Assembly (NCBI GenBank): GCA_965205425.1
Contig: CBDBGZ010000003.1
Coordinates: forward strand, 1-43,012
Source of the DNA: Nitrosopumilus sp.
Lineage (GTDB): Archaea; Thermoproteota; Nitrososphaeria; Nitrososphaerales; Nitrosopumilaceae
DNA: 43,012 nt
Reading direction: 5' to 3'
The notes under the pieces were generated by a model. The model ran no database searches, was not told the origin of the DNA, and worked only from the letters and a program-made list of their open reading frames with translations. The translations under genes and the position numbers were made by a program. Each line of letters begins with the position of its first letter. Within the stretch, counting starts at the first letter, position 1. Of the stretch, positions 1-8,300 are shown one piece after another.

Positions 1-159
1 TAACATTACCACACCAATTAATTACACTCGAGAAAAATTTCAATCATTTGGTGCATTGGGGGATGACGGCGTATTTTTTTGCAGATTCTATGATAAATCA
101 AACACAGACTCATTTCTTGATTTTTTAGAATCACTGCAGAAACAATTTGGTAAGAAACT
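1..159 (+). mobile_element. IS630-family element copy A, internal fragment (continues left of the window)
   Basis: 1..159 is the reverse complement of 391..549 with two synonymous differences (positions 82 and 85). It encodes NITTPINYTREKFQSFGALGDDGVFFCRFYDK..., part of an IS630 DDE domain. Confidence 0.9.
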
Positions 160-632
160 CGAACGTCTCCATTATCTAGTCTCTTCTGCATGTGTTTTCT
201 CATCTCAGTTCCATTTGCAAAGAATGTATTGGCATTACCATTTTTCTCTTCTCTCCACTGTACCTCAATTGGATTGAGTTCTGGGGTGTATGCAGGAAAA
301 TATCTTATGATTACATTTCTTTTTGATTTCTTGAGAAATTCTTTTACTCTGACACTTTTGTGGTATGATGCATTGTCTGCAAATAATAACAGTTTCTTAC
401 CAAATTGTTTCTGCAGTGATTCTAAAAAATCAAGAAATGAGTCTGTGTTTGATTTATCATAGAACCTACAAAAAAATACGCCGTCATCCCCCAATGCACC
501 AAATGATTGAAATTTTTCTCGAGTGTAATTAATTGGTGTGGTAATGTTATTGCCTGCAAGATACCATCCGCGCTTTATGTTAGGTGCTATCTTGTTTGTT
601 GACTCATCCAGACATAGTGTGGTGTATCCCAA
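156..632 (-). pseudogene. IS630 transposase ORF B (DDE domain), native C-terminus lost
   Basis: LDES...DNASYH...PAYTPELNPIEVQW motifs. The native ending (VVKLFKYLMP*, seen at 1370..1405) is replaced by read-through into copy A in the ORF track (to base 18). Confidence 0.85.
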
Positions 633-1186
633 TTTGGAATATTTTTTGATACTCCTTTTTGCGTTTTTTTAAAACGGGTTTGTTCCTCTTTTGAGGCTGA
701 TTTATGATGTGTGGGACGTGGTTTTTTTGATGAAAATCCAATCCTGTGCAGCAATTCACGCATTCCTCTTGCAGAGTATAGGGTGTTGTATTTTTTATTC
801 ACATGTGTAATTACCATTCTTGTACTCCACATGAATTGATTAAATCCAAACTTTTCTGGACCTGAAATCAGATCATTTCTTAATGATACTAGCTGTTTTT
901 CATTTAGAAAACATCTAGAACCAGAATATTTCTTGCGGCGTGATGCAGATATTCCCTCTTCATCCATTCGATTTAGCCAGTAGGACAGAGTTGATGGTAT
1001 GACATCCAGACTTGCACATATCACAGAATACGGAATATTTTGTTTTCTTAGTATTGCAGCCTTTAATCTTATCTTTGCTTTTGCATTTTTTTCATTCTTG
1101 CATACTTTTCTTAAAAAATTAATGCTTGTACCTTTCATGAATTGATTTCCAGAGGAAACCTTGGATTGTCTTGTACTCTTTGACAT
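587..1186 (-). CDS. IS630 transposase ORF A (HTH/winged-helix part), -1 frameshift into ORF B
   Basis: WSTRMV...YSARGMRELLHRIGFSSKKPRP motif; slippery TTTAAAAAAAC at about 663..673 (FKK); ORF B is in the -1 frame. Confidence 0.9.
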   Translation of the reverse strand: MSKSTRQSKVSSGNQFMKGTSINFLRKVCKNEKNAKAKIRLKAAILRKQNIPYSVICASLDVIPSTLSYWLNRMDEEGISASRRKKYSGSRCFLNEKQLVSLRNDLISGPEKFGFNQFMWSTRMVITHVNKKYNTLYSARGMRELLHRIGFSSKKPRPTHHKSASKEEQTRFKKTQKGVSKNIPNWDTPHYVWMSQQTR

Positions 1187-1268
1187 GGTTTCATGAATTG
1201 ATTCTACGATCTAGATCTTTTGAGTTAAAATACTTGACAGTTTATTCAAAATTTATATGCCTAAACTA

Positions 1269-1410
1269 TACAGTGGAGAGAAGAGAAAAATGGTAATGCC
1301 AATACATTCTTTGCAAATGGAACTGAGATGAGAAAACACATGCAGAAGAGACTAGATAATGGAGACGTTCGAGTTGTGAAATTATTCAAATATTTAATGC
1401 CTTAACTATA
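1269..1410 (+). mobile_element. IS630 copy A, 3' end with right terminal inverted repeat
   Basis: 1269..1375 is the exact reverse complement of 156..262. It encodes QWREEKNGNANTFF...DVRVVKLFKYLMP* and ends ATGCCTTAACTATA. Confidence 0.9.
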
Positions 1411-1525
1411 TCAAAGAAAATTAAAAACGCAGTTCAGAGTTCAAAAACAGAACAAGAACTACACAACAAGTTGTCTTCAATTTTGAGTGAAGCAACAAAC
1501 TAGAATTTTTTTCAACCTAGTTTTT

Positions 1526-1618
1526 TTATTTTTTATACTTGCAGTTACAACCAATCTCACAACTGCATTTACAACCATCTTTGCATTTATCAGAACAAGT
1601 ACAGCATTCATTTGTCAT
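1526..1618 (-). CDS. Metallothionein-like Cys-rich peptide, 30 aa (MTNECCTCSDKCKDGCKCSCEIGCNCKYKK)
   Basis: Hand-translated; 9 Cys in CC/CxC/CxxxC spacing, Lys-rich, almost no hydrophobic residues. ATG lies 11 nt after the stop of 1630..1980, with GAGTGA upstream. Confidence 0.75.
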   Translation of the reverse strand: MTNECCTCSDKCKDGCKCSCEIGCNCKYKK

Positions 1619-1629
1619 ACAATCTTCAC

Positions 1630-1980
1630 TCATTTTTTCTCCAAAAGTTTGTTTAGTTTTTCTGCAATTTCCTTGCTGTTATTTAATTCTAAAATAATTT
1701 TAGAATAAAAATTTGATTTTAACACCAACACTAGAAAATCATGTTTTCTTTTCTTCGTATACCAGAATTGTTTCTGTTTTCCCACAAGATATGTCCCAAG
1801 TTCCAATATTCGAGGAAGATTAGTCCCTGCAATCTTGAATCCCAATTGTCTGTGAGGAGATTCTGAAAATACCGATACTATGTTTTCATATGGAATGTAA
1901 AATGAGCCTTTGGCTGCTCCAATTTTTTCAAATACGTTAAGATTAATCCTCAAATGATCATCAAACAGAATTATTTTCAT
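1630..1980 (-). CDS. Hypothetical protein, bacterial PH-domain-like
   Basis: 116-aa ORF with KIAGTNLP...LGTY...FW pattern typical of PH-like hypotheticals. Confidence 0.7.
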   Translation of the reverse strand: MKIILFDDHLRINLNVFEKIGAAKGSFYIPYENIVSVFSESPHRQLGFKIAGTNLPRILELGTYLVGKQKQFWYTKKRKHDFLVLVLKSNFYSKIILELNNSKEIAEKLNKLLEKK

Positions 1981-1983
1981 TTT

Positions 1984-2439
1984 CTATGAAATCCATTGAT
2001 GTAAACTAAAGTATTTTTCTTTGTATTTTACCAAATTAGATTGAATATTCTCACCCATCCAATTTGTGTAATAGTTAGTTTCTGCAGTAGACATAGATAT
2101 CATAATGCGCAATCCCGTGCCTTCTTGATTAAACCAGTAAGAGTTTAAAGATTCATCAAACAATGTAAAGCCATCCTCTTCTAATGGTAGTTTTTGTTTT
2201 AATGCCATTTCTAGCATACCTTTGATTCGGGGTACGTCTTTGAGCTCCTCGTCAGTTAATTCAGTAATTGATTGAAAACTTGAATGCTCAAATATTTTAT
2301 TAGGCTCAGTTTCAGCATAATAATTCAGTCCGATGCCCTCAACATATGGGGAATAGCCGTTTGCTACAATGTAGAGATAAAATAATCCTATTACTACAAC
2401 AGGAATTATCGGAATCAGTATTTTGGTTCTAGTTTTCAT
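1984..2439 (-). CDS. Hypothetical membrane-anchored protein
   Basis: MKTRTKILIPIIPVVVIGLFYLYIV N-terminal hydrophobic anchor. Confidence 0.75.
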   Translation of the reverse strand: MKTRTKILIPIIPVVVIGLFYLYIVANGYSPYVEGIGLNYYAETEPNKIFEHSSFQSITELTDEELKDVPRIKGMLEMALKQKLPLEEDGFTLFDESLNSYWFNQEGTGLRIMISMSTAETNYYTNWMGENIQSNLVKYKEKYFSLHQWIS

Positions 2440-2549
2440 TGTTTTTTCCCACTTGCAGTGTTACGCCTCACAAGCTAGAATTTTGCATAGGAAGTTCATA
2501 AAGTGTTCTGCTCTTTACAAACAATAAATACAGATGTAAAATCGTTAAA

Positions 2550-3158
2550 TTGATGGATACATTTGATGCAATCAAAGAGCGTCGTTCTGTAAAACACTAT
2601 GATGTAAACCACAAACTTACAGATGACGAAATAGATCAATTAATGTCATTAGCAGTTTTATCACCAACTTCATTTAACATGCAAAACTGGAGATTTGTTA
2701 CAGTAAAGGATACTGAAACTAGAAAACAAATACGTGCAGCAGCATGGAACCAAGCTCAAGTAACTGATTCATCATTATTACTAGTAGTTTGTGCAAATTT
2801 GAAATCATGGAAGGATAATCCTGCACAATACTGGATAAATGCACCAAAAGAAGCTCAAGACTTTCTAGTATCTGCAATGGGTCCATTTTATGAAGGAAAA
2901 AACCAGCTACAAAGAGATGAGGCAATGAGATCTTGTGGAATTGCAGCTCAAACCATAATGCTTGCTGCAAAATCAATGGGATATGATTCTAATCCAATGA
3001 TAGGATTTGATCCTGACAAGGTAGCAGAGATTATCAAATTACCAGAGAACCATGTAATCTCTATGCTAATTGCAATTGGAAAACAAGTGAAACCTGCAAT
3101 GCCACGTGGAGGACAACTACCACTGGAAAAAATAGTCTTTACAGACAAATTCACATAA
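2550..3158 (+). CDS. Nitroreductase family protein
   Basis: RRSVKHY, SPTSFNMQNWRF and GYDSNPMIGFD motifs; start probably the ATG at 2553. Confidence 0.93.
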   Translation: MMDTFDAIKERRSVKHYDVNHKLTDDEIDQLMSLAVLSPTSFNMQNWRFVTVKDTETRKQIRAAAWNQAQVTDSSLLLVVCANLKSWKDNPAQYWINAPKEAQDFLVSAMGPFYEGKNQLQRDEAMRSCGIAAQTIMLAAKSMGYDSNPMIGFDPDKVAEIIKLPENHVISMLIAIGKQVKPAMPRGGQLPLEKIVFTDKFT

Positions 3159-3174
3159 GAACAATGATCACAAA

Positions 3175-3831
3175 ATGAAATCAATAGAATCTCTAAACAA
3201 AAAAATTGCTAGCTGCAAAAAATGCCCAAGATTATCAGTGTACATTAGAGATGTTGCAAAAAATAAGGTAAGACGATTCAAAGAAGAGAAATACTATGGT
3301 AAACCACTATCAGGATTTGGAGATGTAAAAGCAAAATTGCTAATTGTTGGATTAGCACCGGCAGCTCATGGTGGAAATAGAACAGGGAGAATGTTTACAG
3401 GGGATTCATCAGGGGATTGGGTAGCCAAAGTAATGCACAAACATGGATTTGCATCGATTCCAACCAGCCAAACATCAGATGACGGTCTAGTTCTCAAAAA
3501 TGCATACATTACTGCTGCAGTTAGATGTGCACCACCTCAAAACAAACCAACACGTGAAGAGATGGATACATGTTTTAGTTATTTAGAGCAAGAAAAACAA
3601 ATTCTAAAAAATGTAACAATAATTCTTTGTCTAGGAAAAATTGCATATGATGCAGCATGCAAGTTGTATGGAGTAAAGCCTGAAAAATTTGGACATAACA
3701 AACTATATTCCTATGAAGGATTCAAAATACTCACATCATACCACCCATCAAAACAAAATACCCAAACAGGTAGACTCACTTGGAATCAGTGGTCAGCAGT
3801 ATTTTCAAAGGCCAAAAAACTGTTAAAATAA
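3175..3831 (+). CDS. Uracil-DNA glycosylase, family 5 (UdgB-like, Fe-S)
   Basis: CKKCPRL, GLAPAAHGGNRTGRMFTGD and YHPS motifs. Confidence 0.93.
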   Translation: MKSIESLNKKIASCKKCPRLSVYIRDVAKNKVRRFKEEKYYGKPLSGFGDVKAKLLIVGLAPAAHGGNRTGRMFTGDSSGDWVAKVMHKHGFASIPTSQTSDDGLVLKNAYITAAVRCAPPQNKPTREEMDTCFSYLEQEKQILKNVTIILCLGKIAYDAACKLYGVKPEKFGHNKLYSYEGFKILTSYHPSKQNTQTGRLTWNQWSAVFSKAKKLLK

Positions 3832-3896
3832 TTCATGTAGTATATTGAATTTTAACACATCTCTTTATTAGATTCAGGAATACAGCAAAGAAAGTA

Positions 3897-5360
3897 TTGA
3901 GAACAAAATCGTTGATTATTGTAGGATTTGCAATTATCTTTGTAATATTTGGGATGTCAAGTTTTATGCAGTGGCAATATTCTCAGGAAATCAAGGAAAT
4001 TTCAGAATACCATAAACTAATGAGCATCCCATCAATTACAATTCTTCAGCACATCAAGATGAGTTTCCAAGAAATGCATATGGCAAATATGGAAATTGCC
4101 AGTGGACATTTATCAGAAATGCAACATACAGAATTTGAAGCAAAGTATCAAAAATCAAAAGCTGAGCTAAACAGGAATATTGAGAGTTATTTTGCCATAG
4201 CATATTCTACAAATCCAAATGGGGATTATCTTGCATCATCAGAAACTCAAGAGCAAATCATAGATTGTGTATCAATGATTAGACAATCAGTAGATAACCA
4301 TGATAAAATCTTTGTACAGTATCAAAATAATGAAATAGATAGTACTGAAATTATACAACTATTAGAAGAAGCAGAAATTGATTTTCATAAAGTCATAGAC
4401 AAAAACTCTAGAATGGAGATTACTGGAATGGAAAAAATTCAAAGTAATGTAGACGAAATTGAAGAAAACATGAAAAGTGTATTTGTTGGATCATCACTTG
4501 TTGCTGCCATTACTGCAATCATAGTAATATCTTTCACATCACGATTTGTTTCAAAACCTATTTCGGAATTAATTGATACAACCAAAAAAATTGGAACAGG
4601 TGATTTTACTAAAATGGATACAACATCATCAAATTCAGATGTTAATGAAATTGCAGATTCATTAAACAAAATGTCAGCAGAACTTGAAAATTACAAATCA
4701 AAAATAATTATGCAAGAGAAATTATCATCAATTGGAGAACTTTCATCTCGTCTTGCACATGACATTAAAAATCCACTAACAGTAATCAAAGTGTCTTTGG
4801 ATGTGATAAAAGCAAAGAATCCAAATTTGTTACCAGAAGATCTTGAAAAGTTTGAAAGAATTAATGCTGCAATGTACAGAATTACGCATCAAATTGACAA
4901 TGTACTTGACTTTATCAAAGGAAAACCCATGAAATTTGTAAAACACCCAATTAAAGACATACTTGAATCAGTACTTGCAGATTTACCAAAATCAGACAAA
5001 ATTACAGTGGAGATAGTATCTGAAAATGCAGAGATAGAATGTGATTTTGAAGCAATGAAAGTAATTTTGATCAATCTAGTAGTAAATTCCATGCAAGCAA
5101 TAGAAGGTATTGGAATTATCAAGATAACATCCAAGGTTAGAGGCGATAAAGTAACTATTCAGGTAGAAAACAATGGACCAGAAATTCCTGAAGACAAACT
5201 AGAAAAAATCTTTGAGCCATTATACACAACAAAGGAAGAAGGAACAGGATTAGGACTTGCTAGTTGTAAATCACTTGTAGAGCAACATCAAGGAACCATA
5301 ATTGCTGAAAATAATCCAACTAGATTCATTATTGAACTTCCTTCAAAAATTAAACATTAA
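3897..5360 (+). CDS. Membrane sensor histidine kinase (2 TM, HAMP, HisKA, HATPase)
   Basis: AHDIKNPL H-box, NLVVNSMQA N-box, GTGLGL G-box. Confidence 0.93.
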   Translation: MRTKSLIIVGFAIIFVIFGMSSFMQWQYSQEIKEISEYHKLMSIPSITILQHIKMSFQEMHMANMEIASGHLSEMQHTEFEAKYQKSKAELNRNIESYFAIAYSTNPNGDYLASSETQEQIIDCVSMIRQSVDNHDKIFVQYQNNEIDSTEIIQLLEEAEIDFHKVIDKNSRMEITGMEKIQSNVDEIEENMKSVFVGSSLVAAITAIIVISFTSRFVSKPISELIDTTKKIGTGDFTKMDTTSSNSDVNEIADSLNKMSAELENYKSKIIMQEKLSSIGELSSRLAHDIKNPLTVIKVSLDVIKAKNPNLLPEDLEKFERINAAMYRITHQIDNVLDFIKGKPMKFVKHPIKDILESVLADLPKSDKITVEIVSENAEIECDFEAMKVILINLVVNSMQAIEGIGIIKITSKVRGDKVTIQVENNGPEIPEDKLEKIFEPLYTTKEEGTGLGLASCKSLVEQHQGTIIAENNPTRFIIELPSKIKH

Positions 5361-5551
5361 CAAAATAGAAGACAGAAATTTTCGAGTTATCCTTTACGAT
5401 ATCAAGCGGGTAGGCATTGACATGTAACACGACAATAGGATATTGTGGTTGGATATCCTATATTCTGTCTTCACTACTAGTAAGCGAATCAGAATAATAA
5501 ACTAGATCAAAAAGATCATGTATATTTGTAAATATTTTATAAAAAATCTAA

Positions 5552-6343
5552 ATGAATTTTAAGATTGGCTGTACGGGATGGAGCTACCAAGGATGGTCTG
5601 GAACATTTTATCCTAAAAATCTAAAAAGTTCAGAATGGCTAAAATATTATTCTCAGATTTTTGAGATTACAGAGGTTAATTCTACTTTTTACAGGATTCC
5701 TGCACAAGAAATTGTTAGACGGTGGAATGCAGATACCCCAAGACATTTTAGATTTACAGCAAAATTTCCATCAATCATAACACATGAAAAAAGACTAGAC
5801 CGAGTAAATTCTGAAGTATTTTCATTTTTGGCATCACTCTCTCCAATTCATGATAAAGTATCAGCACTTGTTTTACAATTACCACCATCTCTGTCATTTA
5901 AAGAGGCAAAACCGAGGCTAGGAGAGCTCTTTGATATGTTACCAGATGATTTTCTATATCCAATTGAAGGACGACATGAATCATGGTTCACTGATGATGC
6001 CATTAAATATCTCAAACAAAACAAGCACTGTCTTGTATGGAATGAAGTTGTAGGAGTGAATAATCCAATGCCAATAACTTCAGACTATCTATATGTTAGA
6101 TTAATTGGAGACCGTTCTATTCCAGATTCAGAGTTTGGTAAAGTTTCAAAAAACAAATCAGAATTGATTTCCAATTGGGTAAAAAAACTACAAGAAATAA
6201 AAAATATTCCATTAGCAATGGTGATGACAAATAATCATTTTGAGGGATTCAGTCCAGCTACTGTAAATTCTTTGAGAATGCAGCTTGGAATGCGGGAATT
6301 AATTTGGGAAGAAAAAAAGCAAAAGACATTAGGTAATTTTTAA
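5552..6343 (+). CDS. DUF72 family protein
   Basis: IGCTGWSY, EVNSTFYRIP and NNHFEG motifs. Confidence 0.92.
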   Translation: MNFKIGCTGWSYQGWSGTFYPKNLKSSEWLKYYSQIFEITEVNSTFYRIPAQEIVRRWNADTPRHFRFTAKFPSIITHEKRLDRVNSEVFSFLASLSPIHDKVSALVLQLPPSLSFKEAKPRLGELFDMLPDDFLYPIEGRHESWFTDDAIKYLKQNKHCLVWNEVVGVNNPMPITSDYLYVRLIGDRSIPDSEFGKVSKNKSELISNWVKKLQEIKNIPLAMVMTNNHFEGFSPATVNSLRMQLGMRELIWEEKKQKTLGNF

Positions 6344-6387
6344 AACAGAAATTCTCCAATTACAGGGGAGTAGTGAAGAATCTCTGT
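6341..6387 (-). terminator. 14-bp hairpin followed by T-run (terminator-like or sRNA)
   Basis: On the minus strand ACAGAGATTCTTCA pairs with TGGAGAATTTCTGT (two G-U) and is followed by TTTT; lies between convergent DUF72 and dedA-family genes. Confidence 0.45.
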
Positions 6388-6440
6388 CATCATCCAGCCA
6401 AAACAATGGGATGTTACCATAAGTAGTGTGTTTTTAATAT

Positions 6441-6989
6441 TTAAGGCAATGGTGTTGTTGTACTAGCGGTAATACCAATTGCCTCACCAAAATAATATCC
6501 AGCTAAAATTGTTCCTGCAGACCAAACACAAGAACCTGCAAATGTGTATGTTACAAATTTTGGTATTCTCATTTTGAGTAATCCAGCTGGAATTGAAATC
6601 ATTTCTCTCATTACTGGAACCATTCTACCCAAAAATACTGCCTTGTCACCATATTTTTCAAACCAAATTTCAACTCGTTCTAATTTGTTTTCATTTACTT
6701 TGACATATTTCAAATATTTCAGTAAAACAACTCGTCCAAGTTTTAATGCAATCAGATAGATTGCAGATGTTCCAATGGTTGCACCAATTGCACCGAGGAT
6801 AATCATTGGGATTAATCCAAGTAGGGTAACTCCTTGTTGTGATGCTAGAAACCCAGCAGTTGGAAAAATTGCCAAAGTAGGAATTGGTGGAATTATAGTT
6901 TCAAGTAGTGCTGCCAAAAAAATTCCTTCGTAAAGATGATCTCCTAAAAAATCTGCAATCCATACAAGAAAAGAATCAAAAGGTTCCAT
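6441..6989 (-). CDS. DedA family membrane protein
   Basis: LETIIPPIP, WFEKYG and GRMVPVMREMISIPAG motifs. Confidence 0.92.
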   Translation of the reverse strand: MEPFDSFLVWIADFLGDHLYEGIFLAALLETIIPPIPTLAIFPTAGFLASQQGVTLLGLIPMIILGAIGATIGTSAIYLIALKLGRVVLLKYLKYVKVNENKLERVEIWFEKYGDKAVFLGRMVPVMREMISIPAGLLKMRIPKFVTYTFAGSCVWSAGTILAGYYFGEAIGITASTTTPLP

Positions 6990-7040
6990 TTGTTTTTGCC
7001 AATGAAATCGTACTAAATTACCTTACGAGTAAATGATTAC

Positions 7041-7069
7041 AGGCATATTTTATGCCTAAAGATTGGGGT
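7041..7069 (+). promoter_or_regulatory. Palindrome AGGCATA-TTT-TATGCCT followed by AAAGATTGGGGT box, upstream of TATA (TATATA at 7088)
   Basis: Perfect 7-bp inverted repeat at 7041..7057; the 12-mer at 7058..7069 recurs at 8611..8622. Confidence 0.5.
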
Positions 7070-7114
7070 GAAAACTGGAAAACGCGCTATATACCAATAC
7101 GATATCATTCAAGC

Positions 7115-7825
7115 ATGAATAAACTAGTACCTGTTATAATGGCAGTGATTATAGTTGGAGTAATCTCAACATTTGCGTTATCTCCATACTTTACAGAATC
7201 AACTATTGATGAGGCATTACCAACTGGTGCAATTACTCAATCAACAATGGAAGACAAAGAATCCATGATGATGAAGGATGATGCTATGATGATGGAAGAA
7301 GAGATGATGAAGGATGATGCTATGATGATGGAAGAAGAGATGATGAAGGATGATGCTATGATGATGGAAGAAGAGATGATGAAGGATGATGCTATGATGA
7401 TGGAAGAAGAGATGATGAAGGATGATGCTATGATGATGGAAGAAGAGATGATGAAGGATGATGCTATGATGATGGAAGAAGAGATGATGGAATCTATTCC
7501 AATGTCATATGCAGGAGCATTTGTAGGGGTTGGTGATGGAGTTCATGATGCTCAAGGGGATGCATACACCATACCATTAGAAGATACTAGTAATGTGTTA
7601 AGATTAGAGAATTTTAAATCAACAAATGGTCCGGACTTGTATGTTTACTTGTCAACTGATGAAAATGCATCAGACTTTGTTAATTTAGGAGCACTAAAGG
7701 CAAGCAGTGGTAATCAAAATTATGATATTCCAGATGATACTGATCTAAGCAAATACAACAAAGTTTTGATTTGGTGTAAAGCATTTGGTGTTTTATTTGG
7801 TAGTGCAGAATTATCTACACAATAA
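7115..7825 (+). CDS. DM13-domain membrane-anchored protein with Met/acidic tandem repeats
   Basis: N-terminal TM; LRLENFKSTNGPDLYVYLS and VLIWCKAFGVLFGSA are DM13 motifs. Start placed at ATG 7115 (27 nt after the start of TATATA) instead of 7052. Confidence 0.9.
   Translation: MNKLVPVIMAVIIVGVISTFALSPYFTESTIDEALPTGAITQSTMEDKESMMMKDDAMMMEEEMMKDDAMMMEEEMMKDDAMMMEEEMMKDDAMMMEEEMMKDDAMMMEEEMMKDDAMMMEEEMMESIPMSYAGAFVGVGDGVHDAQGDAYTIPLEDTSNVLRLENFKSTNGPDLYVYLSTDENASDFVNLGALKASSGNQNYDIPDDTDLSKYNKVLIWCKAFGVLFGSAELSTQ
7268..7489 (+). repeat. Six perfect 36-bp tandem repeats encoding MMKDDAMMMEEE
   Basis: ATGATGAAGGATGATGCTATGATGATGGAAGAAGAG x6 plus a partial ATGATG. Confidence 0.97.
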
Positions 7826-7880
7826 TACTAAAAATCCACAAAAGGAATTTTTTATAACCAGTACTAATTCTGAAAAATCA

Positions 7881-8273
7881 GTGTTTACTGCAACAATTGC
7901 CTTACCGATATTTTCATTTTCAAGTTTGATTCCAAGAGGGTTATTTTCTTTTTCAGGTACAGATAATGGCCAATCAAGCCCAAATCCCAGATTCAAAATG
8001 ATACTTTGGTCAATCATTGCAGGTACACGAGGAGGCATAAACAGAGCAAAAATCCTCAATTTAGTCAAGGATACTCCAATGAATGCAAACAAGATTTCTA
8101 CAGTACTAAATTTAGATCACAAAACAGTAATTCATCATGTAAAAATTCTTGCAAAAAATGAGCTTGTAATTAAAGCTGAAAAAGACTATGGTGCAGAATA
8201 TCAATTAACACAAATTATGAAAGAGAATCAAAATGCTTTAGAGGAGATAATGTTAAAAATTGGAACAAAGTAA
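7881..8273 (+). CDS. Winged-helix (ArsR-like) transcriptional regulator
   Basis: LWSIIAGTRGGINRAKIL...PMNANKIS...LDHKTVIHHVKIL. Start placed at GTG 7881 behind TTTTATAA. Paralogue of 38335..38637. Confidence 0.85.
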   Translation: MFTATIALPIFSFSSLIPRGLFSFSGTDNGQSSPNPRFKMILWSIIAGTRGGINRAKILNLVKDTPMNANKISTVLNLDHKTVIHHVKILAKNELVIKAEKDYGAEYQLTQIMKENQNALEEIMLKIGTK

Positions 8274-8300
8274 ATTAACGAATCAAAGGAGTAGTATACA

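Larger units (their letters stand above)
156..1270 (-). mobile_element. IS630-family element copy B, inserted in inverted orientation; right end deleted
   Basis: Carries a split HTH + DDE transposase. Its terminus at 1241..1270 (TTTATTCAAAATTTATATGCCTAAACTATA) resembles the terminus at 1381..1410 and ends in TA. Confidence 0.9.

Noticed and set aside
56..277. 73-aa ORF at the window start
   Set aside because: Chimera of IS630 copy A reading across the deletion junction into antisense copy B.
1487..1708. 73-aa plus-strand ORF
   Set aside because: Antisense shadow of the Cys-rich peptide and the end of 1630..1980; its Thr/Ala periodicity mirrors TGT/TGC codons.
7268..7489. 36-bp repeats as a CRISPR array
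   Set aside because: Units are contiguous with no spacers, lie in frame in a CDS, and no cas genes are present.
7966..8001. ATG GCC AAT... as a frameshifted true start of the wHTH gene (MAN-, like its paralogue)
   Set aside because: The in-frame GTG at 7881 sits at proper distance from a TATA box and NPRFKMILW already aligns with DSDAKRLLW, so no frameshift is needed.
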